DNA from: Alphaproteobacteria bacterium
GTDB taxonomy: Bacteria > Pseudomonadota > Alphaproteobacteria > CAAHEQ01 > UBA3637
Direction of reading: 5' to 3'
Assembly: GCA_045631185.1 (NCBI GenBank)
Contig: JAZQUH010000039.1
Coordinates: 139,740 to 203,739, forward strand
DNA length: 64,000 bases
Part shown: piece after piece, positions 63,997 to 64,000 of the stretch
Position numbering within the stretch: position 1 is the first letter of the stretch
Layout of the letters: the number at the start of each line of letters is the position of its first letter
Position numbers and translations under genes: made by a program
The notes under the pieces: generated by a model
Told to the model about the DNA's origin: nothing
What the model saw: only the letters and a program-made list of their open reading frames with translations
Databases searched by the model: none

Positions 63997-64000
63997 TTAA

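Larger units (their letters stand above)
61777..64000 (+). mobile_element. left end of an integrative element/genomic island inserted at tRNA-Pro(GGG); continues past the window
   Basis: A tyrosine integrase gene lies 85 nt after the tRNA, and composition is more AT-rich than the recJ side. The other boundary is not visible. Confidence 0.6.

Overview
AT-rich bacterial chromosome segment, about 60 genes. It is probably from an alphaproteobacterium, and likely a host-associated one (inference). The evidence is a CcrM-type DPPY adenine methyltransferase, a virB3-virB4 type IV secretion pair, the gene orders yfgM-bamB-der, lptD-surA and tsaB-rimI, and near-consensus sigma70 promoters. Housekeeping genes recognised: zntB (partial), xthA, cspA, rdgB, ndk, ccrM, lon, rimI, tsaB, aroK, xerD, surA, folD, rarA, der, bamB, recJ, an msbA-like ABC exporter, and four tRNAs (Ser-CGA, Val-TAC, Pro-TGG, Pro-GGG). 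No rRNA and no CRISPR array. The accessory or unusual content is what deserves a second look. (1) A family of four very cysteine-rich proteins. Three have prepilin-type N-termini, and one of those ends in a vWA/MIDAS-like module. The fourth sits between virB4 and a diverged relic copy of the virB4 3' end. (2) A [FeFe]-hydrogenase maturation operon (TM1266-like regulator, hydG, hydF, hydE) with no hydA in the window, next to an ADP-forming acetyl-CoA synthetase. (3) A duplicated module of Shine-Dalgarno, 5-codon mini-ORF (MERNF) and terminator, plus a family of near-identical GC hairpins bracketing the hyd, bor and acd genes. (4) An in-frame LptF/G-LptD fusion with an internal signal peptide. 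(5) An orphan small-RNA candidate with a full-consensus promoter and a strong terminator. (6) Scarred tRNA-Ser and tRNA-Pro loci with direct repeats and a GC-rich repeat family. (7) An 879-aa protein carrying both S41-peptidase-like and HExxH motifs, with a repeated module-end motif. (8) A Clp-D2-only AAA+ protein with an unknown partner. (9) A tyrosine-integrase island starting at tRNA-Pro(GGG). All calls come from reading the sequence and remembered family motifs; no searches were run.
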